From: Ophelia neglecta
Lineage: Eukaryota
Direction of reading: 5' to 3'
Assembly (NCBI GenBank): GCA_965285935.1
Contig: OZ260665.1
Location: 58,838,001 to 58,902,000, forward strand
Length of the DNA: 64,000 bases
Below the pieces are notes generated by a model. The model saw nothing but the letters and a program-made list of their open reading frames with translations, searched no databases and had not been told where the DNA came from. Each line of letters starts with the position of its first letter. Within the stretch, counting starts at the first letter, position 1. Positions 1 to 11,238 of the stretch are shown here, in pieces. Both the position numbers and the translations under genes were made by a program.

Positions 1-3000
1 ATCGATTCTAGTCAATTACCGCACATCTGTAAAATGTGCTAAGCATTCAGACAACCGTGTACTGTACTGGAGTATAATTTGATTTTCAGTAATGTTTGTG
101 GACAAATGAATTACAAATTCCAGCCTCCTTCACATTAATGATTACACTGTTCCAATTTCCGTTATTCTGCGAGACAAAATATCTACTGTCTTATATATAA
201 ACTAATGGGCGAGAAAAACCAGCCCATGGTTGCTAATCAACTTCTTGATCTTGATAGTCACATATATTTTCTTTGCTGGCAACTGACACGGAAGACTCGG
301 TGCAACTGTGTCCACTGCTGCAGAGCGTCAAGGAAAGCTTTGTCAAAACAATTGATGTATGGTTAAGACCTACGGCGATTTACAGCGTAAGATCATCTTT
401 GGAGGCTGGGTGAGATTTTGATGTTTAGTTAGTGATTATTATAAGTTATCTTGAAAAACACCATGTATTAGTATTTATTTTATATGAAACCAGACTGAAG
501 CTCTGTAAGTAATTAGGCTGGAGGCAAATCGGCTTTCAACAAGAAGCATCCGATATTCTAGCCATTATTATAAAGGACTGTGTATTTCATATAAAGGCGC
601 AACTTATTTCCTTTTTGTGACTATGTTCTCCCATTCACAATTGAGAACTTCGTTTCCATTGTATACAAGTGTAAGCTAATAGAAGAAAGAGAGATACAAG
701 AATATACTCTGAGTCTGCTACAGAAAACTATAATGTTGTCTCGACCATTTTACCAGACCCTGTACCATCTGCATGTGAATGAGACACCTAAGATTGTCGT
801 TTTGGCTCTTTGGATATAATGTTTGCTAGGCGTAGCACTTTATTGGGTTTAAACCTCCTCACTTCGAATGAGAATACTTGGTGTGATTAGTGACCTGATT
901 ACTATTGACCGCGTTGTCGTCTGGCCCAGCCCCAAGGTTGGCGCTCCATCATGTCAATACAAATCGACATCATCGAGTTGGAACTCATCGCCTTAACTGC
1001 TCACTCCTATTTCAACTGGAAATCATTTCCGTTCGCTTTCATTTGAAGGCAATCAGTTCTTTCACAGATGACGTGCGCAGGAAACAGTATAAGTGCGATA
1101 TTCGGCATACATCAGAAACGAGAGCCTGAATTTATAGAAAGGCCTCAAATGTGCAATGTGTAACGATACTAATTATGTCTCATTGTGTTACCTGATTTTG
1201 ATGCATATGTTTTGGTCATATGTTTATATTGCAGTAAAAAGCTAGAGATAGCTGATGCTATAACATCATTACCAAAATTCACACTTTCTCGTATGTCAAT
1301 GCTTACATCAATCTTTCGAAGGTGATAAAATGACCATCATCATGTGTGTCACTGACTATCCGTTTGGCAACTTTCTAATATAAATGAGTACATTTTATTT
1401 AACGAGTGCACTGTTCTTGTTTGTTCTTATGCTCCTACATGCCTTGCAGTGTGGACGATCAGAAAATTATACCTGGTTATATTGGTACATCTAAATATTC
1501 CTATTTGCATTTTTCAATATGTCGGCAATGGGAAACATGGCAAACTTTTAATTAGAATAATTTTACTTTAAAAGTACATAAAAAAGAGCAACATAGAAAG
1601 ATTTCTCGCGTGTTAAAAGTCAACCGCCCAGCAGCCAGGATATGCCATGATCCATCAGCGTAATTAAATCTATCTACAATTTTGCTCTCGCCCACCATAT
1701 GCTTATGGACCTAATCATATCTAAGGCCCTAATGCAATAAGCAAAGCTGTTTCTGCAAAGAGGTGAAAAAGCCAAAGGTGTGCTCAATCATCTTGCTCGC
1801 TGCATAAAAATAAGCACACACTATGTTCGCCTTTTTGTTGCCAACGCAACCACACAAGGACAATATAATACAAACAGAATAAGGAACCGTTAGGACAAGA
1901 ACATAGTATAAGTTTGTACTTATGTAAAAACCATCTTTATTGTGTGTCTGTTCGTCGGCTGGCCTTGTCTTGCTGGTGATTCAGGCACCACATTTATAAA
2001 GAAGCAAGGCTCGTTTGTGGGCACAGGCGTGACATTACTAGATTTAATAACTCTGTGGCGGTCATAATTCTGCAGTTGGTGTGATCTAGCGGGTATTATA
2101 CAGACGCTCTAGACTGCACGTGGCCTTTGAACAGTAACTGCAACCTTGTTGATTAAATGCGTGATCAAAGAACTTGAAGAGCCTGAAAGAAAGTAGGAAC
2201 ATTAATTTCCCCTATTGGGCATATTTTCCCCATGATGCATATAATAAGTGACTGATCGCCTATAAAAGTGCTAGTCATTATTCTACAATAGAAGGAACCC
2301 CAGCTGCTTCTATGTTACAGAAAGAGTTAACCGTTGGAAGGAAACTGTATTTCATAAGATTATTTTGCACCGTTCGACTACTTTGGTGAATATGGCATAA
2401 ATTACTTTTTATGATTAATTACCTTGGAAGGAAGGCAGCAAGTATGGCATTGTGTAGTATTACAAGTCAAAGATTATATGGGGTTAACATTCTTAGGAAC
2501 TATAGCCTTTTACTGTCCACGTATATCATTTCTCATTGTTTTGTTTTTTTTGTAAGGAATGTTAAGCAGCTGCAGGTTGGTACTTGTTTGATAAATTAGT
2601 TGAAATTCACGTTGAAATAAATATATTGCAACAAGCGGAATATAATACTCGATAAATAAGCAGTTGAGATCAACTTTATTATTTTGAATATATTACGTAC
2701 ATGCTTTATTATGATTAATATGATTACTATATATACTATGTTTATACTATGTGCATTGCATTAAATGCCAGTATAGCATTCTGTTTGATGTACTTGTTAT
2801 CGATTGGGACTATCTCTAGGATATAAAAAACACACTAAAACAAAAATGTGATATGGGATCGATGTTTCCCTCATGGCTTCAGAAATGGAAGAGTCTAGAA
2901 TGTCAGGATGGCGTGTTAGCCCCAGGAACTATGTATAATATTGCGTAAAATTCACCCTGGAATTCCCCCTCAGAATTTTCCTTGTCTGAACACTACATTA

Positions 3001-3438
3001 TACTATCAGGTAATGTAGGATTGTTGTTGACTCTGAGTGGATTTTACGTACGTCAATACACTCGGACAATTACATTAGCATACAACGATACATGGTCTTC
3101 GGGTCTATCGCCCCTCGGAGTATTATTATATCCGTAATCTAGTATTCCTTGGGGTTTAAATAAGACGTATTGAAGACTTTGTGAGACATATAAAGGAACT
3201 CATTTTCTGCAGGTGCATTTAATCGGAGTAAAGCGTATTTTATGAGAGTACACTATTTGGTTGTTGAAGGTTACAAGCATTTCGCTATTGCGCCATGCCC
3301 GAAAGTAATTTTAGTATAATGCAGGAATTCTTTAGATCTTTGCCCAGTTCGTGACCATATTTGTCAAACTAATTAAAAAAAAATAGGTATACCTGCGATG
3401 TTTCCCTTTCCGGCTCTTGCCCATGCATGATATGGGAA

Positions 3439-3847
3439 CAGGGCCGTAGGAACCATAGCGGCTCTACCGGCCATGACAGCACCACTTTTTGTCCAGATCC
3501 CCAAACAACTATTTCTACCATAGACACGAACAGATTCATCCAAGAGTCTGGCATCAAAACTGATGATAGAGATGTAAAAATTGGTGAACCTGACTCAGAT
3601 ATTGATATGAAAACGATTTATTAGTTGTAATCGTAAATGATAAATAAATACATTTTTTTCTTGGATCGCTTTTTCTAATAATATAAACATGTCAAAATAA
3701 GATGATCCTGTGCATAAAATGATATCGAATCAAGCCCAAATTTTGCTGAGGGGGGGGGGGGGGGGCTCTGGGGCGCACTTTATTTTCTCACGCTCGTGGT
3801 GATATGGGATCAGCCGCACCACTTTAAAATACCTTCCTACGGCCCTG
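3439..3847. mobile_element. Non-autonomous DNA transposon (MITE), hAT-like with 5-bp TSD
   Basis: Perfect 14-bp TIR CAGGGCCGTAGGAA (3439-3452) / TTCCTACGGCCCTG (3834-3847), flanked by direct repeat GGGAA (3434-3438, 3848-3852); internal poly-G tract. Confidence 0.85.
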
Positions 3848-6800
3848 GGGAAGTGACGTTTGCCCCTTCCAGAGTTAAATGTTAATGTTTAATGGTAAGG
3901 TGTTACAAAATCCCTCCCGGACTGCATATTTGGCTCAGAACATTCAAGTCGCGTGTTGCCGAGTCATTTGATTTCGTATTCCCCGGGTTAATGGCGGGGA
4001 CATGACTTCCAGTGAATTAGCTACACGAACTCAGCATTTACTGCCAAGTTGCATGGTGAGGAACAGGCACTGAATAAAGGATTTAAATCCGCACAAATTC
4101 ATTATTGAAGGATATTATGTCACTTTGACCTAAGGTTTGATTCTTCTTTTGCCATTCGGAACTTTTCCTTAACAATGATTTCTCAGGAGTCGCCTTCTCG
4201 CACTTTGCCTTTGGTCTTGGAGACACCTAAAGCCCGAGGAGCTTATATGGACGCAGCTTAATTTGCAGGTGGATTATACTCAGTGCCAGGTCGATAGAAC
4301 GCCCTCCACCCCAGCTTGTTTGTCGATAACAACCCGAGCTTGCTTCCGCAGCAACAGCCAGGCATACGCCGATCAAACTGGAATACTAGCACTTGCAGGA
4401 CGGCCAACGAGGCAATGTTTTGGTCTCCTGACGATGATTCTTGCAGCCACTCGTGCACTTCTCCAATGGACTTACTCGGGATAAATTGCACCCGGATAAC
4501 GCACGACCAACATTATTGTTCAAACTCAAGTGATTGACCGGCCGAGCATTTGTTCCTTAACAGATACAAATGCATGCTATGATATAGCTTTCTAATGGGA
4601 TATTGACATAAAGCAATGGCATGCTAAGGTAGGTACAGGTCGAGGCAATCAATTTTTGTTTCTTCTTAGCGCAGTCTTTGTTTAGTGTCTTAAGGAGTAC
4701 ATGTAACCACCGCGTACAGTGCTGGAACCGTGTTTCAATCACAGCACGATACACCATTTTCTCCCAAAAAGGTTATGAAATGTTTTGGTTGAAATGTGCA
4801 AATTAGGTATTGGATCAAGATAAGTCTACTTGTAGTGCACGGCAAGTACACTTTCGATCCTTACATCCAACCGATCCCCGAGTAGTGGTTTGCGTGCGAT
4901 ACTGCCAGATTTGCAGGTTGCCAAGAGCAACCCCCATTAAACTGGATCCTTTGTGCGGAAATTAGTTATATTGATAGGTTATGCACTGTCGTTAAGGGTT
5001 TATGGAGCCGGTGACCTACTTCGAACGTGATGTTCGATGCAATTAAGCTCAATTACCATACATCCTAAATAATGCATATGCTGTTAACCCTGATGTGATG
5101 ACCACATGAAAATCAAAGTTGAGTTCCTCTATAGCAAAACTATTGTAGATGTGCTTTGGTCCCTTGGCAAACAATGTCAGTGAAACTTTAAATAGCTAAT
5201 TGACAATGCCACTGTTTTAACTCTGAGCCTTGGTTGTTGTGGTATCTTTTTAGTCATATAGGGATCCCAACAACATCTGTAATCATCACATCATATGTTT
5301 ATGATATGATATTCGGAGCTGAGGCAAAGTGGATGGGCTCGTTATTGGTTAATATGGTTTCTGACAATCGATTCATGAGATCAACAATATTGCATGACTG
5401 ACAGTAACAATTATGAGCCAAAATGCCTGCATTGTAACGATCTGCTCGTCTATCAACTCGCAATGCATTTGTCGTCCTACCAGTATACCTCACGCAGGGG
5501 TATTGATGGTGGTCAATAAAGCGGTCCTCGTGTCACCCGTAAAATATCCATTGCCCCAATTAAACTAAAAATGTGAAGTGCGACCTACCATCTTTTTCTT
5601 CCATTTTATATTAAAAACAGCATCAAATAAATATCATTGTTAATATTCATACTTCAATGACATTTGAATTAAGGCCCTGTTTTTGGTCCACCGTCAGTCG
5701 AAGAGTTAAACGATTGTTAGTTTAGCCCATGCCCTTAAATCCGTCCTCAGAAATTGACAATTATCAGGTCTTTGGGCCTCATAATCAATCTCTTTGAGCT
5801 TTTTCTTCTCGAGGTGTGATGATGAGCGCATCCGGTATGTAATGTTAAGTGCGAACCTTTTTTTTAATACTGTATATTAGCATCTCACAGAAAGGATATA
5901 ATGTTAGAAAAGATGTAATTCTTCTAAGTGTAGGCACTATTTTTGTGATTTGTTTTATGTGACTATATTTTATCAACTGTTCATGAATCAGAAAAGTTCA
6001 TTGTAAAAATACACTTGAAACTTGATATCCCCGTCGCATCTTATCTAAGAATCAATTGTCATGGTTTAAACGACTCATTTAGATAATTGGCAAGAGAGCA
6101 ATTGGACATCTTCATCTGGACCGACAAATTCTACTTAATCAACACCCATGACGAGAATTTAACTGAGATGATCAGTGACAGAAACTATCACCAGTTAACA
6201 ACACTCCAAAACGTGAATGCAAAGTCAAAATAAGAATCCATGGACCAGAACACAGGGCTATTTACAATAACAATCTATGGTTGGATGCTGCTTACATTTA
6301 TTTTCCACTATGCTTGCCCTCAGTTGTTTTTCAGAAAGTCAACTGACTGAATGACAATCGAACAATTAAAGACAAATAAAGTCTACGCCACATTACCCTG
6401 TAATTTACTTGACTCTGGGAAAGCAATGCCGACCCCAGTGTGTGGCCTTACGTCTTCACTGGAGCGATATCTGGCAATATTAAAGTCAATGCATCTCTCA
6501 ATCGTTCTTCACCTCAAAGTCACTTATGTGCAGCACATAGGCTAACCTCAAGATTGTTTTGTTAATATAAAGTCACATCAGTTGCTTGCTATATATATAT
6601 ATATTCCTGTTGACACCGTCATGAGAACCACTGATAATGAAAACTGGAAAACTGTCAGCAGAACAATGTCCTGTACCTCTCTTCTTTCATAGTTTTGCGA
6701 GTTATCATTTGATCGAGACATGAGGATGGTTCCCTTTAGGATAAGACGGTAGGGAATAAGTTCAAAAAAGGGCCGGATGGAAATAGCTTAGAGGCTTTAG

Positions 6801-8851
6801 ATGCGGTGAGTTTGTAGATTCGAAAGACACACTATTTATAATAAAACTTATTATAAACTATATACACGTGTTGGGAATTTTATAGTTTATAGGTATCCCT
6901 TCACCGTTACTGGCTAGCGCATATGAATTGCTTAGTTGCTGTTTTCATAATAACATCTGGATTATTGTGGAAATCTGATAAAATGTCAGTGTCTGTCATT
7001 ACGTTTCATTAAAGACAAGTATGACACATGGTTTATTTTTGGGTACGTTTTTATCATACTAGGCAAGTGTGATCTCAATGTTTACCACTTGAAGCCTTTC
7101 CTATCTTCTATAAACCCATTTTGCTAATTCCAAATACCAATTGCTGATATGACTTTATTAGATGTGTCTTTAACACTAAATATACATGGTTTGCCTTGTA
7201 TTGTACGTGTTATACATGGCATATTGCTTGGTCTAGCAAAGGTCAACCTATTCGATTAGACACAAATATCATTTTCATTGATTCGGGAACAAAATGAAAT
7301 GGCCACTGTTAGACTCACCGGTAAAAACTTAAAAATTATGCAAATATGGAGATACGCATAGATAATTGATATACCCAATTTGTTATGTATTAAATCAAAA
7401 AATTGCTGTTAGAATGGCAAATGCAAACCTGCACTTGCTTCCAAATCCTGATGGAATGACAGGTATCATCCTAGAACAATCTAACGTTAGGTATAAACAA
7501 GAAAAATAAAGCAACTGGTTTTTACAAACACATTAAAATGGCCATATTCATATATAATGATAACAATTTGTGCGATCGATTGCTGTGAGGACAAATGTTG
7601 ATTTTTCCACGATGGTAGTGAAACAACCGCATATGGTCCGCGTCTTGTCATCAACAATATAATAAGGCTAGATTTTTCGTTTTGGTCTAAAACATCGTGG
7701 ATGCACATGCACGCCACTTGACTGATAAGTGTAGCATATCCAAAATTATTCTCTGAAAGGTAATGTACTTTATTTCATTTATGAATATAATTCAAAATGC
7801 TGAAATTAACTTTAACATCAAAATAAGAAATTTGCAAACAGTATCGCACGGCCTTTTTTGATATTTTGTTAATAACATCATATTTAGGTATTATTAAATT
7901 TTACCCACTGCTGCTAAAACGGTCACAAATGCTGGAAAGTTTTAACCAGTACATCAAGTAGCTTTATTGAATCACTATCATAAAAACCTTTTACTTAAAA
8001 TCCCATATCAAAGTAAAGGTTATCACACGATTGCTAACGTGGAGTAAACATACATGTAAGCATGTACATATTTTATACAACAGATCAATGAGCCCGGGTA
8101 TGCTTGAGAAATAATGGTCACCCAAAACCGGAAATGATTCCAGCTGAAACGTGCAAGATGCTTCTACCCATTTTCCCATCACGCGGGCTGGAAAAACACC
8201 CAAGCCGCACATAACATACATTGATTGATACAGGCCGAATTTGTTTGCTTTGCCTCAGATATCACTGATTTGTTTTATTCAATAATTTAGCCTGTTCAGA
8301 GTTCTAAAGAGCATCTGGGCCAACTGATGATTGCGTTAGGATTCAACGTGCCCACAGAGATCACATCACCACGTGGTCTAATTTGGATTTACTTGGGAGG
8401 CGCCTCTGTGGACCAAAGTAATTGCTACTTCCATTTGATCAATTGGCGGCAAAAGCTAACATTTACATTGCGTATTTGCTGTTGGGAGTGGGAAGAACAG
8501 TGGCAGGAACGATGGTACACATCTCATTTGTACTGACTGTGTCAGGATTTTAGCTTCACCCTTTACCCGTCATAGGTATATATTTCAAGGTGGATTGGCA
8601 AAATATACGAAAAGCAATGCCTCTGGTAACTATGCAATGGTGTTTATCGCTGTAGAGTTGATGTTTTCAATTTTTTTAAATTCTCAAATAGAGCTGCTGC
8701 TCAGAAATGAGTGTTTGCTGTACTGAAATACTTAAGAGTATAGAATTTGTTTTAGAAAGTTTATTCTGGTTCTTTATTCATGTTAATGTAATTGAGCTTT
8801 AAGCATGAGTGTGTGCTTTTGATTTTAGACACCAAAAACCATTTTCTGCAC

Positions 8852-9047
8852 AATTTGGTTTCGAGAAACTGTTTACTGTCGGCCGCTTAGGAAGCGTTCA
8901 TTGCAGATTCCGAAAAATCGTTAACTGCAGTCTGTCTGAATTTGGTTTCTGAAAACAGTTAATGTATCCTGTCAACATAAATTAGGTTTTCTGAAACTGT
9001 TTACGGTACCCTGTTGAAATTTAGTTTCCAGGAAATCGTAAACTGTG
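8852..9047 (+). repeat. Degenerate minisatellite, about 40-50 bp x 5
   Basis: Recurrent core AATTTGGTTTC..(G)AAAC.GTT.ACTG at about 8852, 8900, 8939, 8980 and 9018. Confidence 0.7.
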
Positions 9048-9911
9048 CAGCATGTCAGTATAGGTATGAAACATGCACGTGGATTGTTTCTTCTATATCA
9101 CCAATATTTATCACAAACCTGAAACATATTATTAATATAATTAAAAAAAAACTATATTATATATATATTACAGTTGAGCTATGAGAGCTTTGCATCTTAA
9201 ACAAAAATGGGAAATAATGGTCAAAATTTACTCGTTTGTTACGGCGAGCGTCTCCAGAAAATCTTACCATTTGTACAAAGCAGTGTTAAGAACAACATAC
9301 TAGAATATTTTTGGTGAAATTGTTGCTTCATAATATAACAGAACCATCCTTCTAACACCATGATAATTTGAACCATAAAATATTTCATTATTGGTGCATT
9401 TGCTAATTTTTCAAGGTCGTTACAGTGATAAATCTTTGCAGTTTTTCTTCAGAGTAAACAATATAACCGTTGACTGGCATTGGAATTTAATGTTTCGGGC
9501 ATGTTATGCCATAAAGACTGAAACAAATTACCAACGGTTCACAATATTGAATAAAAGTAAATTAATTTGCAAAACATTTTCCAATATCAATCATGTATTT
9601 TTAATATTTTCCAGAATTAAGACCACGCGGTATGTACATTAGATGGAAGGCTATTCTTCATGGTGTTGAGAGGAATTTCATTTGCCCTAAAATATGTTAC
9701 AATGCAGAACGAAGACCATGTACAAAGAATATGACGGAGATATTGGACATATATGCACCGGACATTATCACCAAAACCGCAGAAGAATATACCTTTAACC
9801 CACCAGTTGGTTGTCGGGAGTCAGAAAGACGAATCGTAGCAATACTGAAGGAAACTTTACCGACTCTAAGGATATGAGAAATGGTAACCATAGTTTGAAA
9901 AGCATAACATA

Positions 9912-11090
9912 ATGACTGAAATTACAATTGCAAAGTCCTTGATACTCTTTTGTTGTTCTTGTCAAATGATTCTCCTTTTAATTTTTCAATTTTACAAATC
10001 GGACACGGAAGTGGCCCTAGATTCATGGGAAGCTGAATATAGTTTTGAAAGAAACCACCGTCGTTTTTTGTTACCTGTCAGTCAAAATAATAAGGAACTA
10101 AACGAGTCAGTAATAAGTCCAATCCATAACATACAAAGAAGAATATTAAAAGCAGAAAACCAGAATGACCGAAAAAATAGACTCACCCTGAGCTTCGATA
10201 CGAACATAGGGAGACCGGTATTTGAGTCAAGGAAGTCAGGCATAAACAACAAAACGGATTTTAGTATGTTGGACTTATATTTTCCGGTCAATGAACCAAA
10301 TAAATGTAACGATGAGGAAGGAAAAGTCCCTTATATGCTTGTTCAGGTTCATTCCCACTTCACCCAAAAGCCTCAGCGAGACGCAATACGGGCCACCTGG
10401 GGTCGGATAGCACGTGACTTCGACAGAGACAAACAGGTTCGTCTTGTCTTCCTTTTAGGCACAGTGAGAGCAAGCTCCAAAATGTCAGACAAAATTATTC
10501 ATGAGAGCAAGCTCTATCGGGATATCGTTGTGGGCAACTTTGTGGATACGTACCATAATCTTACATTAAAGTCCTTAGCTGGACTACTTTGGACAACAGT
10601 ATATTGTTCCGAAGCCACTTTTCTGTTGAAGGCGGATGACGATATGTTCTTAAACGTGTCCAACATACTTTCTCTATTAGACCACGTTCAGTTTGGAAAT
10701 AATGTATTAGGTGCTCTCAATAAGGATGCATCGGTCGTACGAAAGGGGTTGTGGGCAGTGGAAGAAGAAATATTTCCTGCAGCTTCTTATCCACCATATT
10801 GTGCAGGAAATTCATACGTTATGAATATTGAAACTGCACAGAACCTTTTAACTGCGGTGCCCCATTCCCGAATGGTACCAATAGAGGATGTTTACGTCAC
10901 AGGAATCTTGGCCATGGCAACAGGAAGAACTTGTCAAGGTCACCCTAGTTTTCCTCATTGGTATGTGGGTCCCAGTCCCAAGCACGTTTGTTCCCTGCTA
11001 GCCAATAAACTGTGTGGAATACATAATGTTCAGTACGAGCAAATGTATAAGATATTTCAAATGGTGCAAAATAATCAAATATGTGGATGA
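9912..11090 (+). CDS. GT31 family beta-1,3-galactosyltransferase-like protein, copy A (392 aa, type II membrane, uninterrupted ORF)
   Basis: N-terminal hydrophobic anchor (SLILFCCSCQMILLLIFQFY), then a stem and the Galactosyl_T motifs RDAIRATWG, DTYHNLTLKS, KADDDM (DxD), YPPYCAG and EDVYVTG. Splice acceptor ttttccag at 9614 upstream; AATAAA at 11233. Confidence 0.93.
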   Translation: MTEITIAKSLILFCCSCQMILLLIFQFYKSDTEVALDSWEAEYSFERNHRRFLLPVSQNNKELNESVISPIHNIQRRILKAENQNDRKNRLTLSFDTNIGRPVFESRKSGINNKTDFSMLDLYFPVNEPNKCNDEEGKVPYMLVQVHSHFTQKPQRDAIRATWGRIARDFDRDKQVRLVFLLGTVRASSKMSDKIIHESKLYRDIVVGNFVDTYHNLTLKSLAGLLWTTVYCSEATFLLKADDDMFLNVSNILSLLDHVQFGNNVLGALNKDASVVRKGLWAVEEEIFPAASYPPYCAGNSYVMNIETAQNLLTAVPHSRMVPIEDVYVTGILAMATGRTCQGHPSFPHWYVGPSPKHVCSLLANKLCGIHNVQYEQMYKIFQMVQNNQICG

Positions 11091-11232
11091 TCCACAGGCG
11101 AAATCGAGATACTACAATGAACTAAGGGTATAAACAAATGGTGTTTTATATAATATGACGATATCCTACCCGTCTGTGATATTTTTGAATTTGACTTTCT
11201 ATACGTTTAGCATAGTGCTTATATTTCACCAA

Positions 11233-11238
11233 AATAAA
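11233..11238 (+). terminator. Polyadenylation signal of GT31 copy A
   Basis: AATAAA about 140 nt after the stop; positionally conserved with 31145 and 39127. Confidence 0.55.

Noticed and set aside
8852-9047. Repeat-spacer-like array (CRISPR?)
   Set aside because: Degenerate units, eukaryotic intronic context and no cas genes; an ordinary minisatellite.
10082-10291. Antisense ORFs overlapping the GT31 genes (also 30191-30421, 30528-30740 and their duplicates)
   Set aside because: Shadow ORFs of the coding strand, not conserved between paralogs A and B.
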